This document shows positions 9,672-17,679 of a stretch of DNA of 52,751 nt, one piece after another; the first letter of the stretch is position 1, and every line of letters begins with the position of its first letter. Source of the DNA: a virus (taxonomy: Duplodnaviria; Caudoviricetes). Made by a program: the position numbers and the translations under genes. Where the stretch lies: positions 1 through 52,751 of IMG/VR virus record IMGVR_UViG_3300036826_000291, one strand, 5' to 3'. Under the pieces are notes generated by a model that was not told the origin of the DNA, did no database searches, and saw nothing but the letters and a program-made list of their open reading frames with translations.

Positions 9672-10238
9672 TCACCTTTGGCATTGCGCAAGCCCTTGCA
9701 GCAATTCCACGGTCGAATGCGTTGCCTCGCGCACGCTGCCGTGGACCTCGTGCCACAGGCCGTCATCGAAAAAGCGCGGCGCGAACAGCGTGAAGGCGTC
9801 GGTCGCCGAGTAGCGGATCAGCGCCGCAACACCTTCCTCGGCGCGGCGCGCCAGATAGGCGCGCAACGCCGGATCGCGGTGCGCATCGCGATAACGCGGG
9901 TCAACCCACACCTGCACCACCTCGATATGGCGCGTCTCGCCGGTGCGGTCGTCGCGCGCCACGATGAAATCCGGCATCACGTCGATGACGTAGTGAGCCC
10001 GGTCGGGGCGCGAGAGATCGGCGGTGTCGGCGTTGCCGAGCCAGCGGCAGGACCACAGCGCGCACGACATCGGCATGTCCGGCCGGCGATAGACCGCGCA
10101 GCCGCGGCCGACGCGCTGGTGCTTGCAGCGTTGGTTGGCGCCCTTGCCGAGTTCGCGCACCGGCAAAAGCTTGCAGCACAGCGTGCATTCGCCACAGTGT
10201 CGGTTCGGCCCGCCTAGTCGCGGTCGCGCGTCAGCCAT
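9672..10238 (-). CDS. Cys-cluster (YkgJ-like Zn/Fe-S) protein
   Basis: CGECTLCCK...C..H...C..Y..RP...C..WSC pattern. Confidence 0.75.
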   Translation of the reverse strand: MADARPRLGGPNRHCGECTLCCKLLPVRELGKGANQRCKHQRVGRGCAVYRRPDMPMSCALWSCRWLGNADTADLSRPDRAHYVIDVMPDFIVARDDRTGETRHIEVVQVWVDPRYRDAHRDPALRAYLARRAEEGVAALIRYSATDAFTLFAPRFFDDGLWHEVHGSVREATHSTVELLQGLAQCQR

Positions 10239-10558
10239 GTCATGAACTCCCGGTCGCCGGACACCACCGCAATCGTGCCGACAAGGAAATCGCCGCCGAG
10301 CGTATAGCCGCGACGGCGCGCGTCGGTCAGCCAGAGCAATGTGGCGCGCTCGTTGTAGGGCAGGCCGCGCAGCTTGCCTTCCTCATTGGCGAAGGCAACG
10401 CAGGCGCGGCCGTTGGCGCGCGTCAGGTAGGGCACCCGCTCGACATAGCCGCCGACGATTGCCTGCAACCGCGCGAGCAATTGCGCATCGTCCTTGGCGT
10501 CGGCCGGCTCGGTGACGACCTCGCCTTGCGGCGCGATGATGGTGATGGCGCCTTTCAC
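10214..10558 (-). CDS. DUF3846-like protein
   Basis: LQAIVGGYVE...NEEGKLRGLPYNERAT motif. Confidence 0.8.
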   Translation of the reverse strand: MKGAITIIAPQGEVVTEPADAKDDAQLLARLQAIVGGYVERVPYLTRANGRACVAFANEEGKLRGLPYNERATLLWLTDARRRGYTLGGDFLVGTIAVVSGDREFMTWLTRDRD

Positions 10559-10917
10559 TTGGCGCCGCCGAGCATTTCGGCGATCTGCACGATCAGGACG
10601 CGGCGGCGGCCCTCAACAGCCTGAAACGCGCGCAGCAGCCGCAGCGTGTCGTTGCGATCGACAAGCGACGACAATTCGATTTCGCGGGTGTCGCCGAGCT
10701 TGGCGAAAAACTTCGCCGGCGAGACACCGAGCGCCTCGGCGATCATCTGTAGGCGGCTGCCGCTCACGCGATTTTTTCCGTTCTCGTACTTCTGCACCTG
10801 CTGGAACGTGACGCCGATCTGCGCTGCCAGCGAGGCTTGCGAGACGCCGCCGGCCACGCGCAGGCTGCGGATCAGGTGGCCGATATGCTGGTCGAGTTCA
10901 TTGATGTCCTTCGCCAT
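10555..10917 (-). CDS. XRE-family HTH regulator
   Basis: SQASLAAQIGVTFQQVQKYENGKNRVS is a canonical alphaproteobacterial XRE HTH. Confidence 0.9.
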   Translation of the reverse strand: MAKDINELDQHIGHLIRSLRVAGGVSQASLAAQIGVTFQQVQKYENGKNRVSGSRLQMIAEALGVSPAKFFAKLGDTREIELSSLVDRNDTLRLLRAFQAVEGRRRVLIVQIAEMLGGAK

Positions 10918-11113
10918 TGATCACCTCGGTTGTAAGTCGTCGCCATCCGCCGGCAACGGGGATTTGCCGCGGGGACTTCCAAAGGTGCTTGTGCATAGAT
11001 GCGGTAATTGCGGAACCGCGCAGTCATGATAGCCGTTTTCGCAACACGCGCAAGTAGTGCAGGGTGCGGCAATGGCAACGGCGGCGCATGGCAAAAAACG
11101 CTATGGCGTTGCC

Positions 11114-11443
11114 ATGCTGCGCGACGAACAACGCAAGTTGCGGGAATGGCTCAAACAGGCAATCAAGTTCTCGGGTGAGAGTCAGGCGGAACTGGCGCGG
11201 CGACTCGCCGCGACGCTCGATCCGTCATGGACGCCGGATCGCGTCAGCAAGCTCTGGCGCAAGCGCGGACTGAGCGCGGTCGAGCTGCTGGCGATCGAGC
11301 AGATCACCGGCTTTCCGATTCCGTCGATAAAGACGCGACCGCGGCCGTCGCTGCCGGACCGGCAAAAATTGAAGCTGCTTGACGCGCTGCGCGCGCTACG
11401 GCAGCAGATCGACGACATGATTGCCGAGTTGGAGGCGCGGTAA
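11114..11443 (+). CDS. HTH regulator resembling a CI N-terminal domain, without a peptidase domain (start uncertain; ORF open from 11057)
   Basis: SQAELARRL...VSKLWRKRGLSAVELLAIEQITG. Confidence 0.65.
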   Translation: MLRDEQRKLREWLKQAIKFSGESQAELARRLAATLDPSWTPDRVSKLWRKRGLSAVELLAIEQITGFPIPSIKTRPRPSLPDRQKLKLLDALRALRQQIDDMIAELEAR

Positions 11444-11689
11444 TGCGCTGCTGGATTCTCGACGCCAACCGCCAGCCGGTCGAATGGGCGAGCCGCCGGC
11501 CGGCGGGGCGTGAGGGCTGAAAAAACGGCCTAGGGGCGGCCTTGCCGCCGTGGCGCCTGGGAGCGCCGCCGGGCCAATCCTGGGCCATCCTGGGGCGATT
11601 GGCGGGCGTGGCGGGGCAGGCCGGCGGGGCAGGTATGGGCGCGGCCTTTGGTCGCAAAAGAAAACAAACCGCGTACCAATACGAAACGA

Positions 11690-11820
11690 AATTGGGAAAC
11701 AGCGGTGTGGAACGCTTTGAAATCACAAAAAAAGTATGTTTTGCCCCAAAAAGTGAATGGCCTTATATTTCAAAGCGTTGGTCAAAATGTTTCCCACTTT
11801 TCCCCACCACGTTTCCCACG
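11690..11820. other. Putative attP region
   Basis: AT-rich non-coding DNA downstream of int. It has a 13-bp inverted repeat AACGCTTTGAAAT (11711-11723 and 11767-11779), GTTTCCCAC copies (11789, 11811) and an inverted TGGGAAAC (11693). Confidence 0.6.
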
Positions 11821-11825
11821 GCATG

Positions 11826-11854
11826 AAAAAAGCGCCCCGAACGGGGGCGCTTTT
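11826..11854. terminator. Bidirectional terminator downstream of the integrase
   Basis: AAAAAAGCGCCCCCG-AA-CGGGGGCGCTTTT. Confidence 0.8.
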
Positions 11855-11874
11855 GCCGACAGCCGCGCGGGCGG

Positions 11875-13002
11875 TTAGTCGATCACCCGCAGGTGCGAAC
11901 CGCGCTTCGGCGTTGGCGCCGGCGTCTCGGCCTCAAGCGCCGCGTCCCAAAGGTTGACCACACGCTGATTGATGGCGCGCTGCTCGGCGGCCTTGGCGTA
12001 ATATTCCGCCATCGCGTTCGAGAGATGCCCGGTCACCGATTTGATGCCGGCGGTCCCGACCAGCAAGCCGGCGACATCGACCGCCGCATTCTTGCGCAGG
12101 CCGTGCATCGTCAACCCGTCAAATGTCTTGCCGAGCCGGCGCAATTCGCGGCTGATTGCCATGCTCAACACGCGCGCGCTGGCATAGGGTCGCCCATAGG
12201 CATTGACCAGGATCGTCTCGGCCGTGCGCGGGGCGGCGTCGAGCGCCTCGCGCAGCGGCTTCGGGCACAGGTGATAATTGGCGATCTCCATTGCTTCGCC
12301 CTTGCCCTTCTCGGGCCGCACCAGCAGGCCGCGGCCGTCATAGTCCGCCCATGTCATCTTCACGCTGTCGCCGCCGCGCTGCGCGCCGAAATGCAGCAGC
12401 AGCTTCGCCAGCCGAAGATTGGCCGGCACCGCCGCCATGAACTTGCGCTGCGCCTCGGCGCTCCACGGCCGATGCGGGCGCTTGACCTTGTAATGGCGCT
12501 TGGCATCGAGCGTCGGATCGGGCCGGCCCTTGATGGCAAACTGCGGATGCTTTTTTGCGGCGCCCCAGATCAGCGACAGCAGGCTCACGCGCAGGTCGGC
12601 GGCGGCGGGCCCGCGCTCTTTGGCGACAAGCTCGCTGTAGATGTCGACCGCATCGACGTCGAGGTCGCCGAGCCGGCCGGCGCCGAGATCGGCGTGGATC
12701 ATGTTCAGCACGCCGTTGTAGCTGATGCGGGTGCGCGGGCGCAGCTTGATGAAATCGGTCGACGCGACATAGTTGGAGATCGCGGCTGCCACCGAATCGG
12801 TGCCGGGCGAGGCGCGCACCACCTTCGCGGGGCGGGGAGGTGCGAGCGCCTTGATGCAGGCATCATAGGCGCGTTTGAATTCGGCGCTGCGCTCGTCGCT
12901 CGGCAGCGGAATGGTCTTGCCACCGGGACGGCGAAAGTAGACGTAGGTCGTCGTCTTATCGCGGCCGAACTTGCGGTAAAGGTATTTGCTGCGGTCCGTC
13001 AT
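11875..13002 (-). CDS. int: Tyrosine recombinase/integrase
   Basis: GAQRGGD (R), K, HGLRKNA (HxxR), TGH...AMAEYY (H, Y) catalytic motifs; N-terminal YVYFRRPG arm-binding domain. Confidence 0.93.
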   Translation of the reverse strand: MTDRSKYLYRKFGRDKTTTYVYFRRPGGKTIPLPSDERSAEFKRAYDACIKALAPPRPAKVVRASPGTDSVAAAISNYVASTDFIKLRPRTRISYNGVLNMIHADLGAGRLGDLDVDAVDIYSELVAKERGPAAADLRVSLLSLIWGAAKKHPQFAIKGRPDPTLDAKRHYKVKRPHRPWSAEAQRKFMAAVPANLRLAKLLLHFGAQRGGDSVKMTWADYDGRGLLVRPEKGKGEAMEIANYHLCPKPLREALDAAPRTAETILVNAYGRPYASARVLSMAISRELRRLGKTFDGLTMHGLRKNAAVDVAGLLVGTAGIKSVTGHLSNAMAEYYAKAAEQRAINQRVVNLWDAALEAETPAPTPKRGSHLRVID

Positions 13003-13017
13003 CTGATGGCCCCCCTC

Positions 13018-13215
13018 TTACGCGCGGCGCAGGTCGTCGAGCGAAATCTTGCCCGCAAGCACGAGCCGCAGCAGCTTGGCGATTGCCGGTGGCACTTTCG
13101 ATTCGCCGGCGGCCAGCCGCTGCGCTTGGCGGCGCGAGAGGCCAATCAGCGGTGCGGCACCGACTTGGCTCAGGCCAAGCCGGTCGAGTGCGGCGAGATA
13201 TTCTTTGGCGGTCAT
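13018..13215 (-). CDS. Small HTH protein between xis and int
   Basis: LGLSQVGAAPLIGLSRRQAQRLAAGE; AAGGA RBS. Confidence 0.8.
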   Translation of the reverse strand: MTAKEYLAALDRLGLSQVGAAPLIGLSRRQAQRLAAGESKVPPAIAKLLRLVLAGKISLDDLRRA

Positions 13216-13241
13216 TGGTGCGATTCCTTTCGAGTAAAATG

Positions 13242-13270
13242 AAATTACGCCGAAATGGCGCTCACGTCAA
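13242..13270 (-). promoter_or_regulatory. Sigma70-like promoter for the small HTH gene and int
   Basis: TTGACG-N17-TAATTT on the minus strand. Confidence 0.55.
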
Positions 13271-13315
13271 TATGGCGCAAGGGGGTAGCGGGAGGTCGCC
13301 CGGCGGTCGAGCGGC

Positions 13316-13567
13316 TCACCGCCGCAGCCGCTCCTGCAACAGCCGATGAATGGAATTACCAGCACTCTCCTTGATGCTGTCATAGGCCGCATCGAGTTCC
13401 AGGCGGTCCCAGGTCGCCATGGCGCGAATGTGAATCGGCTTTGGCAAAATGCCCTCATCGACCAATTGTAAAAAAGTTGTGCGGCTCATCGAAAGATAGG
13501 CGGCGGCGCGATCGGCGCGCAGCGCCCGCGGCGGATAGGCCAGATGATCGGCGAGCTTGTCGCTCAT
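13316..13567 (-). CDS. Excisionase/AlpA-like HTH
   Basis: PRALRADRAAAYLSMSRTTFLQLVDEGILPKP...WDRLELD, upstream of int. Confidence 0.85.
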   Translation of the reverse strand: MSDKLADHLAYPPRALRADRAAAYLSMSRTTFLQLVDEGILPKPIHIRAMATWDRLELDAAYDSIKESAGNSIHRLLQERLRR

Positions 13568-13612
13568 GGCTTTATAATGGCCTCCGCGTGGCAGCGGCAG
13601 TAGGGATCGTTT

Positions 13613-13852
13613 TCATTGGATTGCGTCCGCCTGCTCGCGCCGCGCCGCCTGCAACTGGCCGCTCAGGGTGTCAGCAAAGAACACCTTCGCCGCCGCGTCG
13701 GGGCCGGTGCCGGCGAGCACCAGCGCGGAATTGACGGCGAGCGCGTTGAGCAATTCAAAAACGCGGTCGGGATGCGCCGGGCCGGCGGCAAGATGCCGGC
13801 GCACGATGTCGGCGATCTCGGTCACCAGCGCCTCGACGCGCGCCTCGTCCAT
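13613..13852 (-). CDS. Hypothetical protein
   Basis: In the leftward early operon. Confidence 0.6.
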   Translation of the reverse strand: MDEARVEALVTEIADIVRRHLAAGPAHPDRVFELLNALAVNSALVLAGTGPDAAAKVFFADTLSGQLQAARREQADAIQ

Positions 13853-13856
13853 GCTT

Positions 13857-14117
13857 TCAGTGTCCTCGCTTCACCAGCTTGCAGGCGACTTTGACCGATC
13901 GCGGATCGTCAGCCCGACCAGCGGTCGTCACGACAATGCGTTGGCCGCACGTTTCGCACTCGATGAGGTATTGGCCGCACCGCTTGGCGGGATAGGGAAG
14001 CCGTTCGGTGCAAGTCGCGTCGGCGCTGCGCGAGGCATCTATGTCAATACCTTTCGGAAAAGCTGGATCAGCCGCGCATTGCGGCTCACGTCCGGCGTCG
14101 TACCAAGTCACTTTCAT
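13857..14117 (-). CDS. Cys-rich hypothetical protein
   Basis: MKVTWYDAGREPQC...LPYPAKRCG..CETCG; translationally coupled start. Confidence 0.6.
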   Translation of the reverse strand: MKVTWYDAGREPQCAADPAFPKGIDIDASRSADATCTERLPYPAKRCGQYLIECETCGQRIVVTTAGRADDPRSVKVACKLVKRGH

Positions 14118-14401
14118 CACGCGCTCCCGCTGACCGGCAGGTGTGCCGCGGAGAACGCGGCGATCTCGTCGGCGATCGCGTTCATGCAATGCAGGTTGCT
14201 GCGCGTCGGCTCGGCGGCGCCGTCGTCGAGCACCCGGCACAACAGGTAGAGCAGGTGCTGCGCGCCGGCAAAATAGACGCGGCGCACTTCCTCAACCTGT
14301 TCCGGCGGCAGGCGGGAATCGAGGTGCTGCCGGCGGAAGGCGGCAAAGCCCGCCTCGATCAGCGTTGCCGACTTGATCAGGCGCTCGAGTGCCTCATCCA
14401 T
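14117..14401 (-). CDS. Hypothetical protein
   Basis: IEAGF...QVEEVRRVYFAGAQHL motif; coupled. Confidence 0.6.
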   Translation of the reverse strand: MDEALERLIKSATLIEAGFAAFRRQHLDSRLPPEQVEEVRRVYFAGAQHLLYLLCRVLDDGAAEPTRSNLHCMNAIADEIAAFSAAHLPVSGSA

Positions 14402-14831
14402 GGTTTCCCCCATTGTCATTAGAGAGCGGTTGCAGCAGGAACAGCGGCACCGGCTTGCCGTCGTTATCATCAAGCCGGGCGACGGCGCCGTGCGGGGCGT
14501 GCAGCTGATTGGCCTTGTCAATGCCATCGCATAAGACCGCCACCGCCGCCGACGCCTGCGCGCACAGCGCGGTCTGCTTCTCCCGCGCCACGTCACGCTC
14601 GGCCTGCAGGTGGTGCAGGTCGGTGCGCGCCTGTGCGATCGCCAGATCGAGCAGGCTCGCGTGCGCAACGAGCCGCTCGTGCGCAAGCCGCAACGTCTCA
14701 AGTTCGTCGGCAAGGCGCGCGTTCTCGGCGTCGCGCTCGGAAAGCTGCTCACGCAAACGGTTGCGCTCCGCGACCAAGTCGTGAATGCCACGCACCGAAG
14801 CCTCCATGGCCTCGACCGATTGTTCCATCAT
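14394..14831 (-). CDS. Coiled-coil hypothetical protein
   Basis: Heptad-rich, 145 aa. Confidence 0.6.
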   Translation of the reverse strand: MMEQSVEAMEASVRGIHDLVAERNRLREQLSERDAENARLADELETLRLAHERLVAHASLLDLAIAQARTDLHHLQAERDVAREKQTALCAQASAAVAVLCDGIDKANQLHAPHGAVARLDDNDGKPVPLFLLQPLSNDNGGNHG

Positions 14832-15288
14832 GGATCACCCTCATTGCTGCGGAGAGCACCACGGCGAGCGCGGCGAGCGCCAGCGCCAGCCGGGCGACCG
14901 ACACCTCGTCGCGCCGGTATGAAATGGTCTGCACTACGCGCGGCGGTCGCGGCGGCGGCGGCAGTTTTGCCGCCGGCGGCGTCGGGGATACCGCGACAAA
15001 CACCGGCGGCAAGGCTGCGGGCGGCGCGAATGCGAGTGCGAGCGCAGACTCGAGCGGCGGCGCGTCCGGCGGCCGTGGCTGCGGCAACGGCACGATTGCC
15101 GGCGGCCACGCAAGTTCGGCCCTCGGCCTGCCGGCGCGTCCGCGATACCAGCAGCGGCGGTGCTCGATCATGCGCCATGCCCAATGCGCGCCGGCGCCGG
15201 CCTGCGCTTGGCAGGCGACCGCGCCTTGCGCCGGCCGCGAGCATGCGAGCACGAGGCCGCAAACCGCACAGGTGAGCGCGCGTCTCAT
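14749..15288 (-). CDS. Putative exported/membrane Pro-rich protein
   Basis: Signal-like N-terminus, HWAWRMIEHRRCWY motif, C-terminal hydrophobic helix. Confidence 0.5.
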   Translation of the reverse strand: MRRALTCAVCGLVLACSRPAQGAVACQAQAGAGAHWAWRMIEHRRCWYRGRAGRPRAELAWPPAIVPLPQPRPPDAPPLESALALAFAPPAALPPVFVAVSPTPPAAKLPPPPRPPRVVQTISYRRDEVSVARLALALAALAVVLSAAMRVIHDGTIGRGHGGFGAWHSRLGRGAQPFA

Positions 15289-15500
15289 GGGCGCGCCCGC
15301 CGCTTGTCGCCGGGCAGCGACAACCGCCGCAGCTTTTCAAGCGCGCCCTGCATGAAGCGGTAGTCCTCGGCGGTGATCTCGAACGTCGCAAACGCGGTGC
15401 GGCAGTCCTGGCAGATGCGGCGGCGCCGGCCGCCGGCGGTGGTGGTCACCACCGTGAGCGTCGAGCCGCAGCTCGGGCACGGCACATGCTCGGCGATCAT
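15285..15500 (-). CDS. NrdR-like Zn-ribbon protein
   Basis: CPSCG...RRRRICQDCRTAFATFE. Confidence 0.7.
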   Translation of the reverse strand: MIAEHVPCPSCGSTLTVVTTTAGGRRRRICQDCRTAFATFEITAEDYRFMQGALEKLRRLSLPGDKRRARP

Positions 15501-15832
15501 GCGTCATCCTCGATTCTGATCGGCGAAATCGAGAGCGCGGTGAGCGGACGATTGGGCTTGCCGTCGGCGCGCAGCGGCCGCAGCGTGCTTTGTGTGCGCC
15601 ATGCTTGAAGCGCGGCCTCAAGCGAGGGAAAGCGCATCGCCTTGGCGACGTCCGGCGAACTGGTGAAATAGCCGATGCCGCCGAACGCATTGACATCGAA
15701 GGCGACGATATATTCGCCGTCGATCACGCGATCGGCGAGCATCGCGCCGGCCGCCTTGACCGCATCGGTCACCGGCCGCTCGCCCTCGCCGGCGACATGG
15801 AATTGTCGCAAGACCCAAGCCATGACGATCAC
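15497..15832 (-). CDS. Hypothetical protein
   Basis: Coupled to recT; RADGKPNRPLTA motif. Confidence 0.65.
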   Translation of the reverse strand: MIVMAWVLRQFHVAGEGERPVTDAVKAAGAMLADRVIDGEYIVAFDVNAFGGIGYFTSSPDVAKAMRFPSLEAALQAWRTQSTLRPLRADGKPNRPLTALSISPIRIEDDA

Positions 15833-16704
15833 GCGGCGTTGTCGGGTTGCACGTCATCGGGCGGTGGCGGCTCCGGTTGCGTCGGTGGCGGCTCCTGTTG
15901 CGCGCCGCCGAAATGGTCGAGCGCGCCCATCACGCCGCCGGTGACAAGCTCGCGCTCGTGCTGCCGCTCGCTCGGCACCTGATCAAAGGCACCGTCGTCA
16001 TCGTCGCGGCGCATCAGGTGATCGAGGTCGTCGCTCGACGCCGGCAATCGCTTGTGCAGATTGCGCAGCACAGTCTTCAGCGCCGCTTCCTCCCACCATT
16101 GGCCCCACATCGGGCCGTCCTTGGCGCGGCTGATCGCGCGGCGCTTCTCGATGTCGGCGGCCGACATGACCTTGATCATCACGCCGCCGTCCTTGGTCTC
16201 GGCCATGGCATAGGCTTTGATCACCTTGCCGCCGCCATCGCCGGGCGAGTGGTAGAGGTGCTCGCCGTGCTCGTCCTTCCAGTATTTGAATTCCTCGCCC
16301 TCGCGCACCACGTCGACCGACACCGATTTGAACTGACCGCTGTTGCGGAATCGCTTCAACAGGCCGCCGACCATCGGCATCCACACCGCAATCTGCTGAC
16401 GGTAGGTGGGCGATTTCGGACTATTGTCGGCAAAGGCGACGATGGTGCCCTCGCGGCCGTCCGGCAACAGGCCGTCGTTGGCGGCGCGCATGCAGGCGTT
16501 GAAAAACGTCTGGCGATTGACGGCGATAAGGTCGACGTTCAAGGCGCAGGCGGTCATCACCACGCGCACGAATTTTTCCGGCGGCATGTGCGCGGGCAGC
16601 GCCATGCGGAATTCGTCGAGGCGGCTGTGCAGCTGCTCGCGCAGCGCCACCATGGGATGAATGGTCGGTTGCTGTTTCGCTCCCGCCTTGGTCGTGGTCG
16701 CCAT
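15829..16704 (-). CDS. recT: RecT-family single-strand annealing protein
   Basis: ALPAHMPPEKFVRVV, AANDGLLPDGRE, PMVGGLLKRFRNSG and WWEEAALKTVLRNLHKRLP motifs; GGAGG RBS before ATG 16704. Confidence 0.93.
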   Translation of the reverse strand: MATTTKAGAKQQPTIHPMVALREQLHSRLDEFRMALPAHMPPEKFVRVVMTACALNVDLIAVNRQTFFNACMRAANDGLLPDGREGTIVAFADNSPKSPTYRQQIAVWMPMVGGLLKRFRNSGQFKSVSVDVVREGEEFKYWKDEHGEHLYHSPGDGGGKVIKAYAMAETKDGGVMIKVMSAADIEKRRAISRAKDGPMWGQWWEEAALKTVLRNLHKRLPASSDDLDHLMRRDDDDGAFDQVPSERQHERELVTGGVMGALDHFGGAQQEPPPTQPEPPPPDDVQPDNAA

Positions 16705-16727
16705 TTGCGTTTTCCTCCGCGATTGAA

Positions 16728-16752
16728 GGGGAAGGGGGTTTACCCCTTCCCC
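16728..16752 (-). other. Strong hairpin closing the 3' end of the pentamer array
   Basis: GGGGAAGGGG-TAAAC-CCCCTTCCCC, a perfect 10-bp stem. It has no long U-tract, so it may be a processing/stability hairpin rather than a terminator. Confidence 0.75.
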
Positions 16753-16755
16753 GAT

Positions 16756-17152
16756 TTGCCGGCCTTGCCGGGCCGCGCCATGCGATGATCCGACTTGCCA
16801 ACCGAGCCAAGCCAAACCCCGCCCGGCCTCGCCGGCCTCGCCGCGCAAAACCGGGCAATGCAACGCAATGCAACCCTAGCCAAGCCTCGCCGAGCGATGC
16901 CGAGCGATGCCGCGCCGGCCGCGCGCTGCAACGCCGCGCCGTGCTCAACGCTGACAAGCGCGCCGAGCCCTGCCGGCCTTGCTCTGCCCGGCCTAGCCCG
17001 GCCGTGCTCTGCAACACCGTGACGCGCACCGCCGAGCACTGCACCGCCTTGCCGGCCTTGCCTCGCCAAGCCATGCTCGGCCGTGCCTTGCTACGCACCG
17101 CCTCGCCACGCCCCGCCATGCCATGACAAGCCAGACCGGGCGCCGCCTTGCC
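16756..17152 (-). repeat. Non-coding array of about 75 GGY-NN pentamers in five GGCC-delimited segments (candidate guide-RNA array)
   Basis: The minus strand reads GGCAA GGCGG CGCCC GGTCT GGCTT GTCAT GGCAT... in 5-nt phase. 4-nt GGCC junctions lie at 17054, 16975, 16917, 16834 and 16761. Confidence 0.88.
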
Positions 17153-17172
17153 AAAATCGGACAGCCGATCCG

Positions 17173-17673
17173 TCATGAAGCTCGCGCCTCCACCCGCTCG
17201 CGCTTGTGGGTCAGCCGTTCACGCGCCATGCGCACCAGATCGCAAATATCGAGCAATTCCCGGTAGCGGGTTTCAAAGGCGCGCAGGTCGCGCTCGGCGG
17301 CGCGCAGCACCGCAAGCTGCAAGTCGCGGCTGCCCATCACCTCGGTCGCGGTGCGGTAGCTGGTGCCCTTGGCATCCGACACCGACAGGAACGCGCGCCG
17401 CGGCGGCTTGTCGTCGTCGGGATCGACCATGCGCACGATGCGAATCAGTTCGCGCGCTTGGTCGAGCCGGTGCTGGTGCGCGGCGGTCTTGTCGTTCCAA
17501 TCGAAATACGGATGCAGCGGGTCGCCGCGCTCGCGCGCCTTGCGCACCACGTCGTCCGGTTCGAGCCGCCCGCCGTGCTCAAAGGCTATCTGCTCAAGCG
17601 CCGCGCCGATCACCTGCGGGTCGGCATGCGCGCGATTCCTGATGGTGATCGGACCGTCGCGGAACACATACAT
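17173..17673 (-). CDS. Accessory protein between the RAMP-like gene and the array
   Basis: 166 aa; LEPDDVVRKAR..GDPLHPYFDWNDKTAAHQHRLDQARELIR motif. Confidence 0.8.
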   Translation of the reverse strand: MYVFRDGPITIRNRAHADPQVIGAALEQIAFEHGGRLEPDDVVRKARERGDPLHPYFDWNDKTAAHQHRLDQARELIRIVRMVDPDDDKPPRRAFLSVSDAKGTSYRTATEVMGSRDLQLAVLRAAERDLRAFETRYRELLDICDLVRMARERLTHKRERVEARAS

Positions 17674-17679
17674 CGGCGG

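Noticed and set aside
11560-11650. Possible second GGC-NN array
   Set aside because: It has only a few GGC units without sustained 5-nt phase and no associated gene; GC-richness explains it.
16756-17152. Classical CRISPR array or simple microsatellite
   Set aside because: There are no 23-50-nt direct repeats with spacers, and the unit variation is position-specific rather than homogeneous.
16421-17176. ORFs crossing the pentamer array (16421..17176, 16740..17069, 16785..17126, 16795..17022, and the extended recT start at 16863)
   Set aside because: These are low-complexity A/R/G/W translations produced by a stop-poor 5-nt repeat. recT has a clear RBS and ATG at 16704.
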